From positions 124,001 to 176,161 of the forward strand of contig JABANN010000007.1 in assembly GCA_013115125.1 (NCBI GenBank): a stretch of DNA of 52,161 bases, read 5' to 3'. Below are positions 22,513 to 34,157 of the stretch, piece after piece. The stretch comes from Perkinsus olseni (taxonomy: Eukaryota). The position numbers and the translations under genes are program-made. The notes under the pieces are model-generated. The model did no database searches. It saw nothing but the letters and a program-made list of their open reading frames with translations, and was not told where the DNA came from. Each line of letters opens with the position of its first letter. Position 1 is the stretch's first letter.

Positions 22513-24079
22513 TCATCGTTTCTTTTTCTCCTTCTTCTCGGCAGTGGACTTCGTTCGGGCCTTCTTCTCCTTGCTCTTCTTGCCACCGTATATCTTCATA
22601 CACGTCAGAAAGAGCTCTTCTAAGCCAGCTTCACGACATCTGTCGGTAACTTCAGCCAGCCGATGCTTCGCACAGCAACTCACCTAGCTGCCACCTTGTC
22701 CATGTCATCCCAACCATACTCTGTAAATGACAGTGGCAATGCACGCATGTCGTCCAAACTCTTGCCATGAGGTACTGGTATCTGTTCCTCTCCTCGCACG
22801 GCGATATACTTCCATCGCAGCCTGAGCGATAGAAACAACGCTGAAAGGGTCAGCACGAATCCTCGAACTTCTAGTGAACCACTACCTGGTCACGAGGTTC
22901 ACAAACTCAGTGCAATCACGCTCGTCTCCCTCAACGAGAATGCAGCCAGGATACCCCAATTTTGACATCCCACCGAGTCGGAGAGCTCCTGAGAGAACAA
23001 AGCATGATGTAGAGGCAGCAGCTATCGAGAATCTGGTGATGACTCACTGGCCCATTCTAGGATATACTTCCGCTTCACCGGGCTCCATATATGATGGGAA
23101 TAAATCATCCTACGACCAAGTACAGGAGGGCCATGCCGTTGCTCGTACTTCTGCGCCTAACAGCCAACTACGCTGGAGGGCCAACTACTCACAGAAGGAC
23201 GTGTGGGAGCTTACGGCGACGGCTAGGTGAGCAGCCCAGGCGTAGTCCTCTTCCGCTTCCTCCTTCTTACGCTCAGTCTCCATGGCGACCCACTCTTCCT
23301 CACACTGGGATGGAGAACCGATGATCCCTCACGTACCGGAATGGCTGTACTTGAGTGAGAAGGTCCGCCACTGGTGCAAGTGACGCTAGGATGGGGAAGT
23401 CATAGCCACTCTTCGACTGTTGTCGGACGTTCGTAGCCACAGTGTCTTCGATCTTGCCTGAAATTCAAACCGGCTTCGCCCGACTATCCTGGGCTCGTAA
23501 CCTATCGGAATTGTTCTGGGTTCTGGCCCACTTACGCTTGCAATACTGAAAGCTATCAGCGGCTATCGTGCTATGTCAATTCAGTGCTGCAGTTTGACAA
23601 GTGCTGTACGATAGATTCAGAGACGGAAGACTAGGAAAGCTCCGCAAGTGCTATGTTGTGACACTAAACTCTCGAGTCCCTGAGCCGACCACTGCTGTTG
23701 TCATTTCAGAGCGCTGCTGCTACCCCTTGAGTATAAGCTTCCACCCACATTACGCAGCTTCCTCTGGACTGCTTCTGAGCCCTCGACTGCCACTACCTCC
23801 GGCACAGCATCTTCCTTCAAGGGATATCCACACGGCAGTGTGAACATCAGTGTCACCGTACTCTCTACAGGGCCGTTGCTGCGCACAGTCACAGCGTACC
23901 TGAAGAAGACCGCCGCAGCAGTTGACCCCTTCCTCACATTGCAGTACATCGTACGCAAGCTCTGCGCCATCATCGCCGGCCTTTGGCTCGTGTAACCACA
24001 TGAAACCGTCGTCAGGTTCATAAGCGGACTTCAAAGCCTCAGCCTCTTCTAGCTTCAGGGAAAAGCAGGAGTCAGACAT
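22513..24079 (-). CDS. RWD domain + DUF1115 protein (RWDD2-like), paralog B; multi-exon
   Basis: MSDSCFSLKLEEAEALKSAY; FTLPCGYP; YDFPILA; SKLGYPGCILVEGDERDC; LRWKYIAVRGEEQ; Lys-rich C-terminus ...EKEKKKR-stop. Confidence 0.8.
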
Positions 24080-24320
24080 CTCATCCGATGCTTCTCACGC
24101 TTCAAGAGAACAAAACATAAACCTGGAACAGCCACCACTGCAGGGGTTTCAAGGTGAGGACCCCCGTCTCACTAGCGAATACTCGAAGGCTACCTCGTAG
24201 GCCCTCACGCCGAGATCCTCTGCCAGTATACGCAACTTCTCAAGTTAACAGAAACAGAACCTCATCAGAAATCATGAGCCGACTCCCATTGCTCTGCTGC
24301 CCCTACGGGACTGTCCCCTT

Positions 24321-25736
24321 TTAGTTCGCATAGCTTGTGAATTGATGTAAGCCTTCAAGGACTCCACCTCCTCCCTAGAGAGCTCTCGCACATCTCCCGG
24401 ACTCGGTAGGCCCACTTCGTCAATGGCAAAGGGCCCCAGTTGTATACGGCATAAGTCTCGGACGGTGGACCTGCGTACTGCAGTAGGGGCGGTCGCAGCA
24501 GGGCGCCTAGGTTACCCAACAGCTTCGACCATCCGCCTAACTTGTCTGTTCCGTCCCTCCCACAGCGTGATGTTGAACTGTTTGCACGTATAACGATCGT
24601 ACTCGCTCATCTCCAGTGGAAGCGGGTTCCCGTTGGCATCCAGAGGCTCCACCAGAGTGGGCAGTGTTGGACCGTCTAGCAGGGCGAGAGGGGCATAGCC
24701 ACACCGCTAAGCTGATGCCACCTCACCCTCCAGCGACACTCCACTCCGCAATGCCATGAGCTGGGCTCCATTCAGTGGTGCACCCTTGACCACCACTCGA
24801 TAAACCTTGGGGACCTTGTAGGCTGGATCGACAAGAGAGGCTTGCAGGTAGGTGTCGTTGGTGAGCAGCAAGAGACCTATCCAGCGGCATCGCCGAGCAG
24901 GGCCACGATGATCACCTCCTACCGGTGGTGTCCTTGTCTAGCCGGCCAGAAGCCCCGATGTAGACGCTAGGATCTGGTAGCAATTGGAATACCTACTACA
25001 TGCTGCACAAACGCTATGACAACACCCAGTCAGTACAGTATCCCTATTGAGGGGGTCGTCTCGGCTGACCATGCATCCTGCTGGCTTGTGCATGAGCAAT
25101 GTAAGCCTACAGGTGGCCTCCAGTGGAGTCCCGTTGACCTGCCCGACACCATCGCCCGGAAACACAACCAATCCTCCTCCGGTCGCTACCAGTATCGAGT
25201 CCTCCCGAACGTTCACCCATTTATTCTGCACAATCGGCCGACCATTGACGGTTATCCGCCCGCGCTCGATCAACCTCCCAGCCTCTGTGCCTGATCACAG
25301 ACCCGCTACGCACCGCCCAGTGGTAGTCCATCCGACTGAACGTACGACTGCACAGCCCCAGCTTGGACAGCAACCTATCAACCGTAACATTCTCCGACCC
25401 CACGTGAGCTATCTGAGGATAAGGCCGGATAAGCTTCGCGTCTCAAGCGCGTTCGAATTCACCGATTCTTCACTGAGCATTCCCTTCGAATGCTCCAAGG
25501 CAGACACTCTGGGCTCAGGGTCGTGGCCCCAAGTGGGCTCCCAAGATATGGATGTGGACGGCGTGCGAGGTCGCCTCCAACTGAGTAACCACATGTCCTC
25601 ACTCGACTAAGGTGCTGACAGTTTACTGCTTGATCTTGTGCCACATGAACTGCGATGTATCCCACCGCCGCGAGACGTTCATACACCGAGGTAAGGGTGG
25701 ACGGCATTCACATAGCCCGCGGGACACTATTGCCAT
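24321..25736 (-). CDS. RsuA/RluB-family RNA pseudouridine synthase (S4 plus catalytic domain); multi-exon, start uncertain (25736 or 25682)
   Basis: VDRLLSKLGLCSR; IERGRITVNG; LMHKPAGCMVSRDDP; catalytic GRLDKDTTG; LLLTND; VPKVYRV; EGRNRQVRRMVEAVG; RIQLGPF. Confidence 0.9.
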
Positions 25737-26009
25737 CCTCCGCAGCCAAACTGCAGCATTACCAGCTCATGTCGCGAAGTGTACCCCACAGTCGCGATTG
25801 CGACGACTTCGCTCCACCACTGCCGCACGGCCTCCCACTCTTTTAGAGGAGCATACTATCTCCTTCCGCCAGTTGGCTTTGAGCGACCCCCGAATACTGG
25901 TATGAACAAAACAGCTGCTCGCGAGTGACAATGAAATCAAAGTTGTGGAGAAGTGAAAAAAGTCTAAGACAGGTAAGTGATGTCTACATCGAAGTACAGA
26001 AATGGGCTG

Positions 26010-29000
26010 CTACAATACTCTTCCTTTTGATGGTAAATGCAGCCATAAGCTATTGACAGACTGACTACTGTCAAAACTCACGAGTCTCTTCAGAGAGGCC
26101 CTACGGACTAGACTTAACAAATTGGTGTGCCGACTTCGACCGCGGAACGAACGGCGCATCGCTCCGTCCTTGGAAGGGGACTGCTCGAGCTGAGGTGAGA
26201 AGGGAGATGATGCCCCGACATCAGGATGCCACTGGGCAGGACTCACTGAGATCTGTTGACGTCTCACCGCGGGTGATAAAGGGGTTGGCGGTTGCATCTC
26301 CCGCTACGACTTGTGACTCAATGCCTGAGAAGAGCCATCCAAGTGAAACCCCGAACACCTTCGATGCGACTACCTAGGACCTCCTCGAGGCGCAGCCAGC
26401 AGTCGCCGAAATGAACAAGGTGAGCTCCTAATGAGACTATCTGCAAGAGTCCTGTAAGCAGAAACTTCTCTGCGGGATCTGAGAGATGGTGCTACGCGTC
26501 AACTGACGACGGCACGCCATCGCCTACTACCCGTGATGCCCATAGTCCTGTCGGTCTTGTCGGCGGTCTCCGCCCACAGCTTGGTCCGAGTCTTAGTGAG
26601 CTCCACATTGAGCCCCATTACCGCCTGCTTCACCCAGCTAGCGCATTCTACTTGCTGCGCGCTGGTCAAGTTAATGTTTGACCTGAGCAGTAACAGTGGT
26701 CCGCAAAGGTCCCCCACTTCTCCCAGCCCTACTCGGACATCTTTATCGCTCCAAGGAGCTCATCCATCCTCGTAATCAACTTATCGGCAAGAGAAATGCC
26801 CTTGGCGCTTAGCCGGCAGTCCTTGGCCGGCCCGGCCACTGCCAGTGTTGCCCAAGAGAGATCCACCTGGAAAGAAGGCCACAGTGAGTCCCACAAGGCC
26901 TGTCCTGTAGCTACCAATGCATCGTTCAGACTAGCAGACAAACCGCTCCGTCTCAACAGCTGATCTTGAAGTTTGCTTTGCCGGAGCAGGGGCTTCGTTG
27001 CAGGAGAGAAGTGCACCTGAAGTGTACAATTAACCAGCCACAGCTTTTATAGACCTTACCAAAATATCCAGAGAATGAGCAGAGACCCCTTCTGAAGCGC
27101 CACCCCGGTATGCGGAGCTGTGATGACCTGCTTGTGGCTTCTCCTCTTCGGTAGCCGACAAGAGGTGGCTCATGCTGCGACTATACCTGCTCCAACACTC
27201 ATCATCATACACCAACACAGAAGGAGCAGTCATGATGGCGAGTAGTCAGGTTCACGGTCCACAAGATGTCGATGATGTGCTCACTAACCCGCACTGATCG
27301 CCCATTGTATTACGCTAGCGCACTTTGCCCCTCCGCCTTGTCGCCGTTGTTTGCATGACTCCGAGTGGCCTTGACAACGGCACGGACGGCAACGTCGACG
27401 GCGGTCTCAACCAAGTCCTTGTGGGGGGAATCAAGAGCGGAGCGGAGCCGAAAAGGTGGAGGCATCATCTGAACGGTTGAAGCATCGTCCGACGTAGGCG
27501 GAGAAATCGGCAGGGCTCACAGCGAAGATCATTGCAAGGAAGACTCCAGTGCAGACGATGGCTATCCGATACAGTGCAACATGCCAGATAGCGTAGGAGT
27601 CTCGACCTGAAGGACGAAAGCACAGTCATCATGCATCGACTGATGTACGATGGTAAGGATGTGACGAATAGAACAATGGTGGACCCTTCCACAGCACTAA
27701 CTGTCATTGAAAGTGACTAGTGCACGGAGAGTAGCAGGCGTGATAGTGATAGTACGCATTTGACCAGAGTTGCTACTCTCGTCATCCTTCCAGCTGGCCA
27801 TTGCCACTATCAGCCACGCTAGGTATGCCAACAGTGGTCCCGATACTCTTTTAACAGACCGGCGATGCAGGTAGGAGGCGATGGCTGCTAACAGCACCTA
27901 TAAGAAGGAATGCCACTGTATATGACCGGGTTACACGAGTATTACCAGTTGGGTGGCGTAGGCACTGATGTTACCCCGATTGGCTTCAGCAGAGGCCAGC
28001 CCGAGTGCACTACCGAAGAGTGTCCAGGCGAAGAGCGGTGCCACACAGTACACTGCTCGAATCTGGCCACGGATGCTTCAACAAAGGGGCTCGTACTATA
28101 ACACAGGTACTACCATGCCTCCTTTAAGCAGCAGCTGTAGTGTCATCAGGCCGGGCAGCAACCCCCACAGAGCGTACCTTTAGGAACGACAACAGTCCCC
28201 AAAGCCGCATACAATCGCCATTTCCTTGGTAGGAGCTACTTACGCATCGATAGCCCCATCCCTGCCCTCCCACACGGTATACAGCAGAGTAGATACCAGC
28301 ATCATTGCAGACATACGGATGGTGTAATACCTGACCGAAGGCGACGACTAATGATGATGAGCACTTGAGAGACAGGGTGCCCTACAGTGCCTCCTCGGCC
28401 TCGAAGCGGCTCGGGAACCATTGCCGTGCAGCTGCCACTCCCCTTAATTGGAGGGAAGTATTCCTGAAGAGGGCCATCGGCATCTAGTAGCCCCACAGAT
28501 TAGAGGAGTGGTACCTCGCCAGCATCCGAGTGACCACCTTGAAGGAGCCCATGGTGGAGGCAACATACTGGGTTGTAGCCATGCGCACGCGTCTCATTGC
28601 CCGTACCTACGAAAGGGGAAGTGGCGGGCCATTGGCAGTGCCAGTCGAAAGCCAGCTCCTACAAATCTCGCTGTTTCTATAACGGCAGCTTGGAGTGCGA
28701 AAGCATCAGCCGCCGAGCTCTTGTACCCCTGCGTGACATGAGCGCTCATGCTGGAATGGATGAGGTCAGTCAGGAGCTCCTCGCTCGGCAATGCACCTGA
28801 GGGATACGACTCTGGCAGGAGGAAACATAAACGGTAGGCGCACATTCAGAGACAGCGGCGATAACACTGGTGAACTTGAGCATGAAGGATGCGGTGACCA
28901 GCCCTTCACAGGCCGCTGGGAGGGACAGAGGCTTCCCGCTACGCGGAGGGTGCACCTGAGATATCTCCCGATGACAAATGTCAGAGGGGGAAACTCTTCC

Positions 29001-30160
29001 TCACCGTTTGAGCGAAGGTCGCCAGATGACCAAAGCAAGCTGCTTGCAGATGGGCTACCTGAACAACGGTAACGGACTTGCTTGATGTAAGTGGGACCAG
29101 GCGACGCTACCCTGAGGGCTCCCTCATCCTCAGCCTGCTTCCAGGCCTGATAAAGGGTCTTTTGACACCTTGCTGAGGCTGCTCGAGCAAGCTCATAGTC
29201 CTACAGTAGAATAATAAAACACACCTTCCAGGAATTGAACTCGCGCCATAGTCACCTCCTGGATCCCCGACGGAGCCATAAGAGAGTTGCATAGGGCATG
29301 GAAGTAAGCAAGCAACGCCGAGCCGGCCTCCGCCAGAGACATCTTGCTCGACCCGCACAGACGGCAGCTCCTACATCGTACCTAACGATAAAAGCGTAAT
29401 ATGGCTCGGTTATACCTCTGATGCCCAACTCACAAGAGAGAGTAGACAAGTGACAGCAAAGGTCACTACAGCAGCCGCAATACCAGCCAGCATGCAGCGG
29501 CCAATCTCGGAGCAGATAGCGTCCACAGCACCGTATCTGTCGTCAAACCTGTTCCCTGCTCCCTAAAGGCGTCACCGCCTTACATTGGTATTGTACAAAC
29601 CATGAGTGCTCCCAAGGGGACACTGTACACTTCGGTTACCTGAGGGGAAGAAGAAGCCGATGCCCGGGGATCGGTGGAAGGAAGGCAGCAGCCTACAGGC
29701 TTCACATTATAGGCGAAGGCGTGGAGGGCCATGAGGGGCAAGGCCCAGACAGCTGCTATGTAGGAGTTGTACCTAGGACGAAGGAGCAGCACTAGGTGAC
29801 CACGACGAGGCCAGAGCCCTACTCAGCAGAGACAGCATCGAAAACCGCCCTGATGGCGAGGGTCCAGATGCCACTGAGGAAATTGGCGATAACGGAGGCA
29901 CTGATAACCTGCGCGGAGGAGGGGATGTGGGAGCGGCTACCAGTGGGAATATCCTACCTTCATGGAGTTCCTTGCCCCGCCGCAAAGACAGTCTCCAGCA
30001 GCCAAAGTGACTGCCATTAGAGATAGGGTGGCCACATCAGGGCCGAACCAGTCCACAACTGTCGGTACGAAGCACAGCACCTAAGGGGCATGCCTCACTC
30101 AGTGAGCCGTACTGATTATATTACCGATAATAGTATGGTAGAGAAGACAAAAGAGAGCAT
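26010..30160 (-). CDS. Large multi-exon hypothetical gene (or two genes) with several hydrophobic segments in the 5' part
   Basis: Chain of minus-strand exon-like ORFs separated by GT-AG introns; possible start MLSFVFSTILLS at 30160; TM-like stretches (AAVWALPLMALHAFAY; CMLAGIAAAVVTFAVTCLL; LLAYLAWLIVAMA). No family recognised. Confidence 0.45.
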
Positions 30161-30267
30161 GTAAAATGTACAGGGGTAGTCTAGGAAACGCCGGGCTACT
30201 CGCAGGCTCATGCTTGTATTATCAATGTAACTGCACCGGCAACGCTAGTCCCCCAACGGCACCCTTC

Positions 30268-31570
30268 CTAACACGACGAGGACAGCTCGTATGAAATGTC
30301 CACAGCATCACAAAGAGCATGAATCGGCCAACCCCAATAAAGACTCTGATGGTTCCTATACGGGCACCAGCATTCCTTGACAGTACCCGCATCCCACCCA
30401 CGACCTGCTAAGCATGCTGCTGTGGTGACACTGGCATTGAACTCACCACCATACCTAAAGCAGTGGGGAATAGAACCTATACTAAGGCGACGCTCCCACT
30501 TGACATGCCGCAGTGCACCAGTAGAAGGAGTGCGGCATGGGTAATTGCCGTGCCAGTCTACCAACGTCTCTTGGGCGCAGGCGTACCACTCGTTATGATC
30601 TAGCGGCGGACCAGGCTCGGAGTTCAGGCTCGCCTCGGACAGGCAGTAGACGTAGTACCTACATTACTGCTGCTGCAGCAGCTCCTCTCGTGCGCAAGGC
30701 TTACGAGGAGGGTATACGATCGATGGTGACATCACTGAGCACCATGGCGAGATACACCTCGCTGCCAAAGCGGTCCACATGAGGGGTGGACGGGTGGGCT
30801 GCCACCATAGCAGCGGCCTCGCCACTCACCAGCATCTTCCATTGAGAGAAGTACCGGACAGAGCACACGGCCACCTCGCAGCCCTCCGAGAGGGACCGAT
30901 CGAGCGTCGCAAATTACTACCTTACACCGGCCATCCGAGTCATCACTGCATGACGGTCATTCAGGCCACCGTAATCCTCCCCGTCCGGCACAAAGACTAC
31001 TGCGCTATCCTCCCCAACAATTTGGGATAATAGGCGTAGGCTCACGTGAGGAGCAAGCCAATGTAAATCCGGGCGACTGCGAATAAGCCACTGATATCGG
31101 ACACCTGTAGCTGCTTCAGCCACCACAAAATGCTGCATGCAGGTGTCCAGGATCCGATATATGAGCAGCCGTGAGCCGCAGAAGGCCTGGCCGACTCTCC
31201 CCAGCAGGATCTGCCTCTGTCGCCGAGAGTGTATGTCGAAGCCAGCCTCTCTCAGCCTCTCTTCGACCCCAACCCTCTCATCCTGGGTAAACAGCTGTAC
31301 ATTAGCCCCCGCCACCCGCAGTGTATTCATGAACGCTCGAGCGGTGCGCCACTCGGGCGCCGATTCCCAAAGGTGTGGCATGCCCACGAAGGCGTCCACT
31401 TCATAGCCCTCGTCCACTATCATGGATACGAAATACCGACCGACACTCAGCATGGTCTCGTTAGTGACCCTACCATGGACCTTCCCATGAAAGCATATAC
31501 CTACTCGTGGCTGAGCAGAGCCGCTGACGACACTCAGAACAATAATCACAGCGGAGTGATGCAGTCGCAT
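30268..31570 (-). CDS. Secreted hypothetical protein with RPDL / GGLNDR motifs (putative glycosyltransferase-like)
   Basis: Signal peptide MRLHHSAVIIVLSVVSGSA; VGICFHG; YQWLIRSRPDL; VFVPDGEDYGGLNDRHAV; last exon ends ...YELSSSC-stop at 30268. Function is inference. Confidence 0.65.
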
Positions 31571-31739
31571 AAGGAAGTAAATAAAATAGATTCTCCTCCG
31601 CCACGAGGACGGTTGTGGCCGACATACCCCATTCAACGCAACTCCCGATCGGTCATCCGATGCCTATAGTTCTATCGTTACCACCATCAAAGTATTAGTA
31701 AGCCGACGTTCGCAGCAGCATCTCGAGTAGCCGGGGAGA

Positions 31740-33914
31740 TCACTTCCGAGCGTAGGATATCTTCACCAACTGCCCCTCCATGATGTAGTCACCTCTGGCA
31801 TTCTTAGCCATAGTGGCCTGGAACTCGCTACTGAAGTCTACGAACCCAACCTACAAGAGAAGTACAAGCCTAACCAACCATGACGAGGACAGCTCGGACG
31901 CCCTCTACAAGCGCTTTGCAGGCTGGGACAGGCGTCACAATAAATATGGCTAACCGTCGAGCCCTCACTCCCATCAAGCATACTACCTGTCGCTCGGCTA
32001 TGACACGAGCACCTTCGAAGCCGGGATACGACTTGAAGACAGCGGTGAGCTTCTCTGGCGTGCACCTCGGCGGCAGATTCTCCACGAAAAGAGTCCTATC
32101 AAGAATTGCGGTGTCGTCGTGATCCGGCGGCTCGCCATCTGCTCCTACTTGTTAGGTACGTTGGAGTGCTGTACAACCTTGGGTGCTGACACCGATGTGT
32201 TGAAGAAGTCCTCTGCAGTGGTAAGCTTCTGAAAGGAGAAGGGCTTCTGAAGAGGCGCCTCCCTGTGAATACCCACCTTCTGCTGTTGAACCGGCTGCTG
32301 CTGTCCAGCATTGAAAGGCATACCTGAGACAACAGTCACCCACAGACGCGGTCCCTCCCCTAAGCCATCCTACCTGGGAAGCCCGCTGGCATGCCTGCGA
32401 AGTTGGGAGGCATGGGTGGCATACCACCCTAAGAAAGTAGAAGTACTAGGCAAGAGACCGCCGGTAGGGGATCCGAACTCACCGGCATAGGGCCTCCCGG
32501 CACTGCAGCCTTCGCCGCTGCCGCTGCTGCTGCCGCCGCTGCCGCCCTGAAATGGTCCACGGTGATGCTGAGACACCCGATAGTCGACATTACGCTTGAG
32601 CTGCCGTATCGGGCAACTTAGCCTGTGCTGCCGCTGCCTCTCTCATTTCCCTCAACTTCTTCTTATCCCGACGGACGTAGGAACCTGAGTAACATCATCA
32701 ACAACAGCACCACTGCCTGGCGGCACGGCGTGGGAGTAGTTGTCAAGCCATGAATGGAGACCCCTCCGAGGTACATCCAGCCTTTCCCCTACTACTACCG
32801 TCCTTCTTAGCAATAGCATCCGACTTCGTCTTGGCATACGATACCCGCATGTTTTTGCTGTATCTGAACCAGGTGTTGTACTCTCCAAACATACCATCTG
32901 CTCGCCCTCACAAGCTGTGGCCCTGCAGCCTCTTCATCGCCGACGATGACTCCTCTTTAGACGAGAAAACGACAAAGACCTGAAGGTCAGCTCTTCACGA
33001 CTTAGACATGCCCGTTACGATGTGGACCAGTAGTAGGTGAGCGTACAACGGAGTTTCTCATCAAGGAAGACATGGTGGTACTCCCGGGACGTGAGCTGAT
33101 ACCATTACTACCTGACCCCTCCGCCGGAGTGACCTCATCGCAATGCAATCAACGACTGTACCGCAGGGTTTACATAACTGATAAGTGAGAGATCTATAAC
33201 ACTACGACAGAGTATTTCGGCCCACCTCAAGAATAGACTTCTTCAACTCCTCAGGTTTGACCCGATCATTGAGGTTATTGATATAGAGGGTCTCGTTGGG
33301 AGGGTAGTCGTCCGGTGGCCTCTCATGGGGGTCCTGTCAAAAAGTCACCTTCGCCATTACTGCCATGACGAGCTCAAAGATACTACATGAGCTAGCCGTT
33401 CAGCCAGAGGGATCTTCGCCATCTCAGGCGAGGCCGACCCGCCCGTACTTTGTCCCGCTTGTCCGCTCTGACCAGCGGGTGGAGCAAAGCCGGGGACCAC
33501 ATTAGCAAATCCAGGAGGGACTGGCGGCATGTTGCCGAAGGAAGCTCCTGGTGGGGGCATGGGCAAGCCACCAGGGGCGCCAGGGAAGCTAGGCAGTCCT
33601 GAAGGTTGGATATCACTGGCCAAGAGGTCAAGAGATATACAATACCTGCTGGTGGGGGCGGCATCGGCATGCCACCTGGCATACTCATTGGGGGCATGGG
33701 AAGACCAGTGGGTGGAGCAGGGCTCTGAAAGAGTACCGCTATGGGGCCGCGCTCACAATGAATGCTACGCACAAAAGTCAGCATGGACCGTCTAGAGCAG
33801 TACCTTGCCAGTAGCCGTCGGTGGTTGCGGCATACCCATGAAGGGCGGAGGTGAGGGCATCCCATGAGGGGGCTGCTGCTGCTGCTGCTGTTGCTGAGGC
33901 GGGACCCCTGACAT
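31740..33914 (-). CDS. U1A/U2B''-like spliceosomal two-RRM protein with Pro-rich N-terminal extension; multi-exon
   Basis: PPNETLYINNLNDRVKPEELKKS; VFVVFS...AMKRLQG...MRVSYAKTKSDAIAK; second RRM LFVENLPP...FKSYPGF...EFQATMA...VKISYARK-stop. Confidence 0.88.
33872..33897 (-). repeat. (CAG)n microsatellite encoding a poly-Gln tract
   Basis: gctgctgctgctgctgctgttgctg; PPQQQQQQQQPP in the first exon of the U1A-like gene. Confidence 0.75.
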
Positions 33915-34157
33915 TTCTCGAGTGATAGCCCCGCTGTCCAGTGATGACTCAGTGTGCCCGCTCTCACTAGTCATCCAGTGACCCTCCTCCACACTACGGC
34001 CCTCAGCGTCGACTGAACACTACACCCACTGCTTATAGGGCAGTTATAGAAACCTATATAACGTGAAGTGGCTGCGAGCATAATCTCAGCTCTCTTGGTA
34101 AATACGTTGATGACCTTCCCGATAGCAAAGGCCAACCTCTAATATAAATCACCCTCA

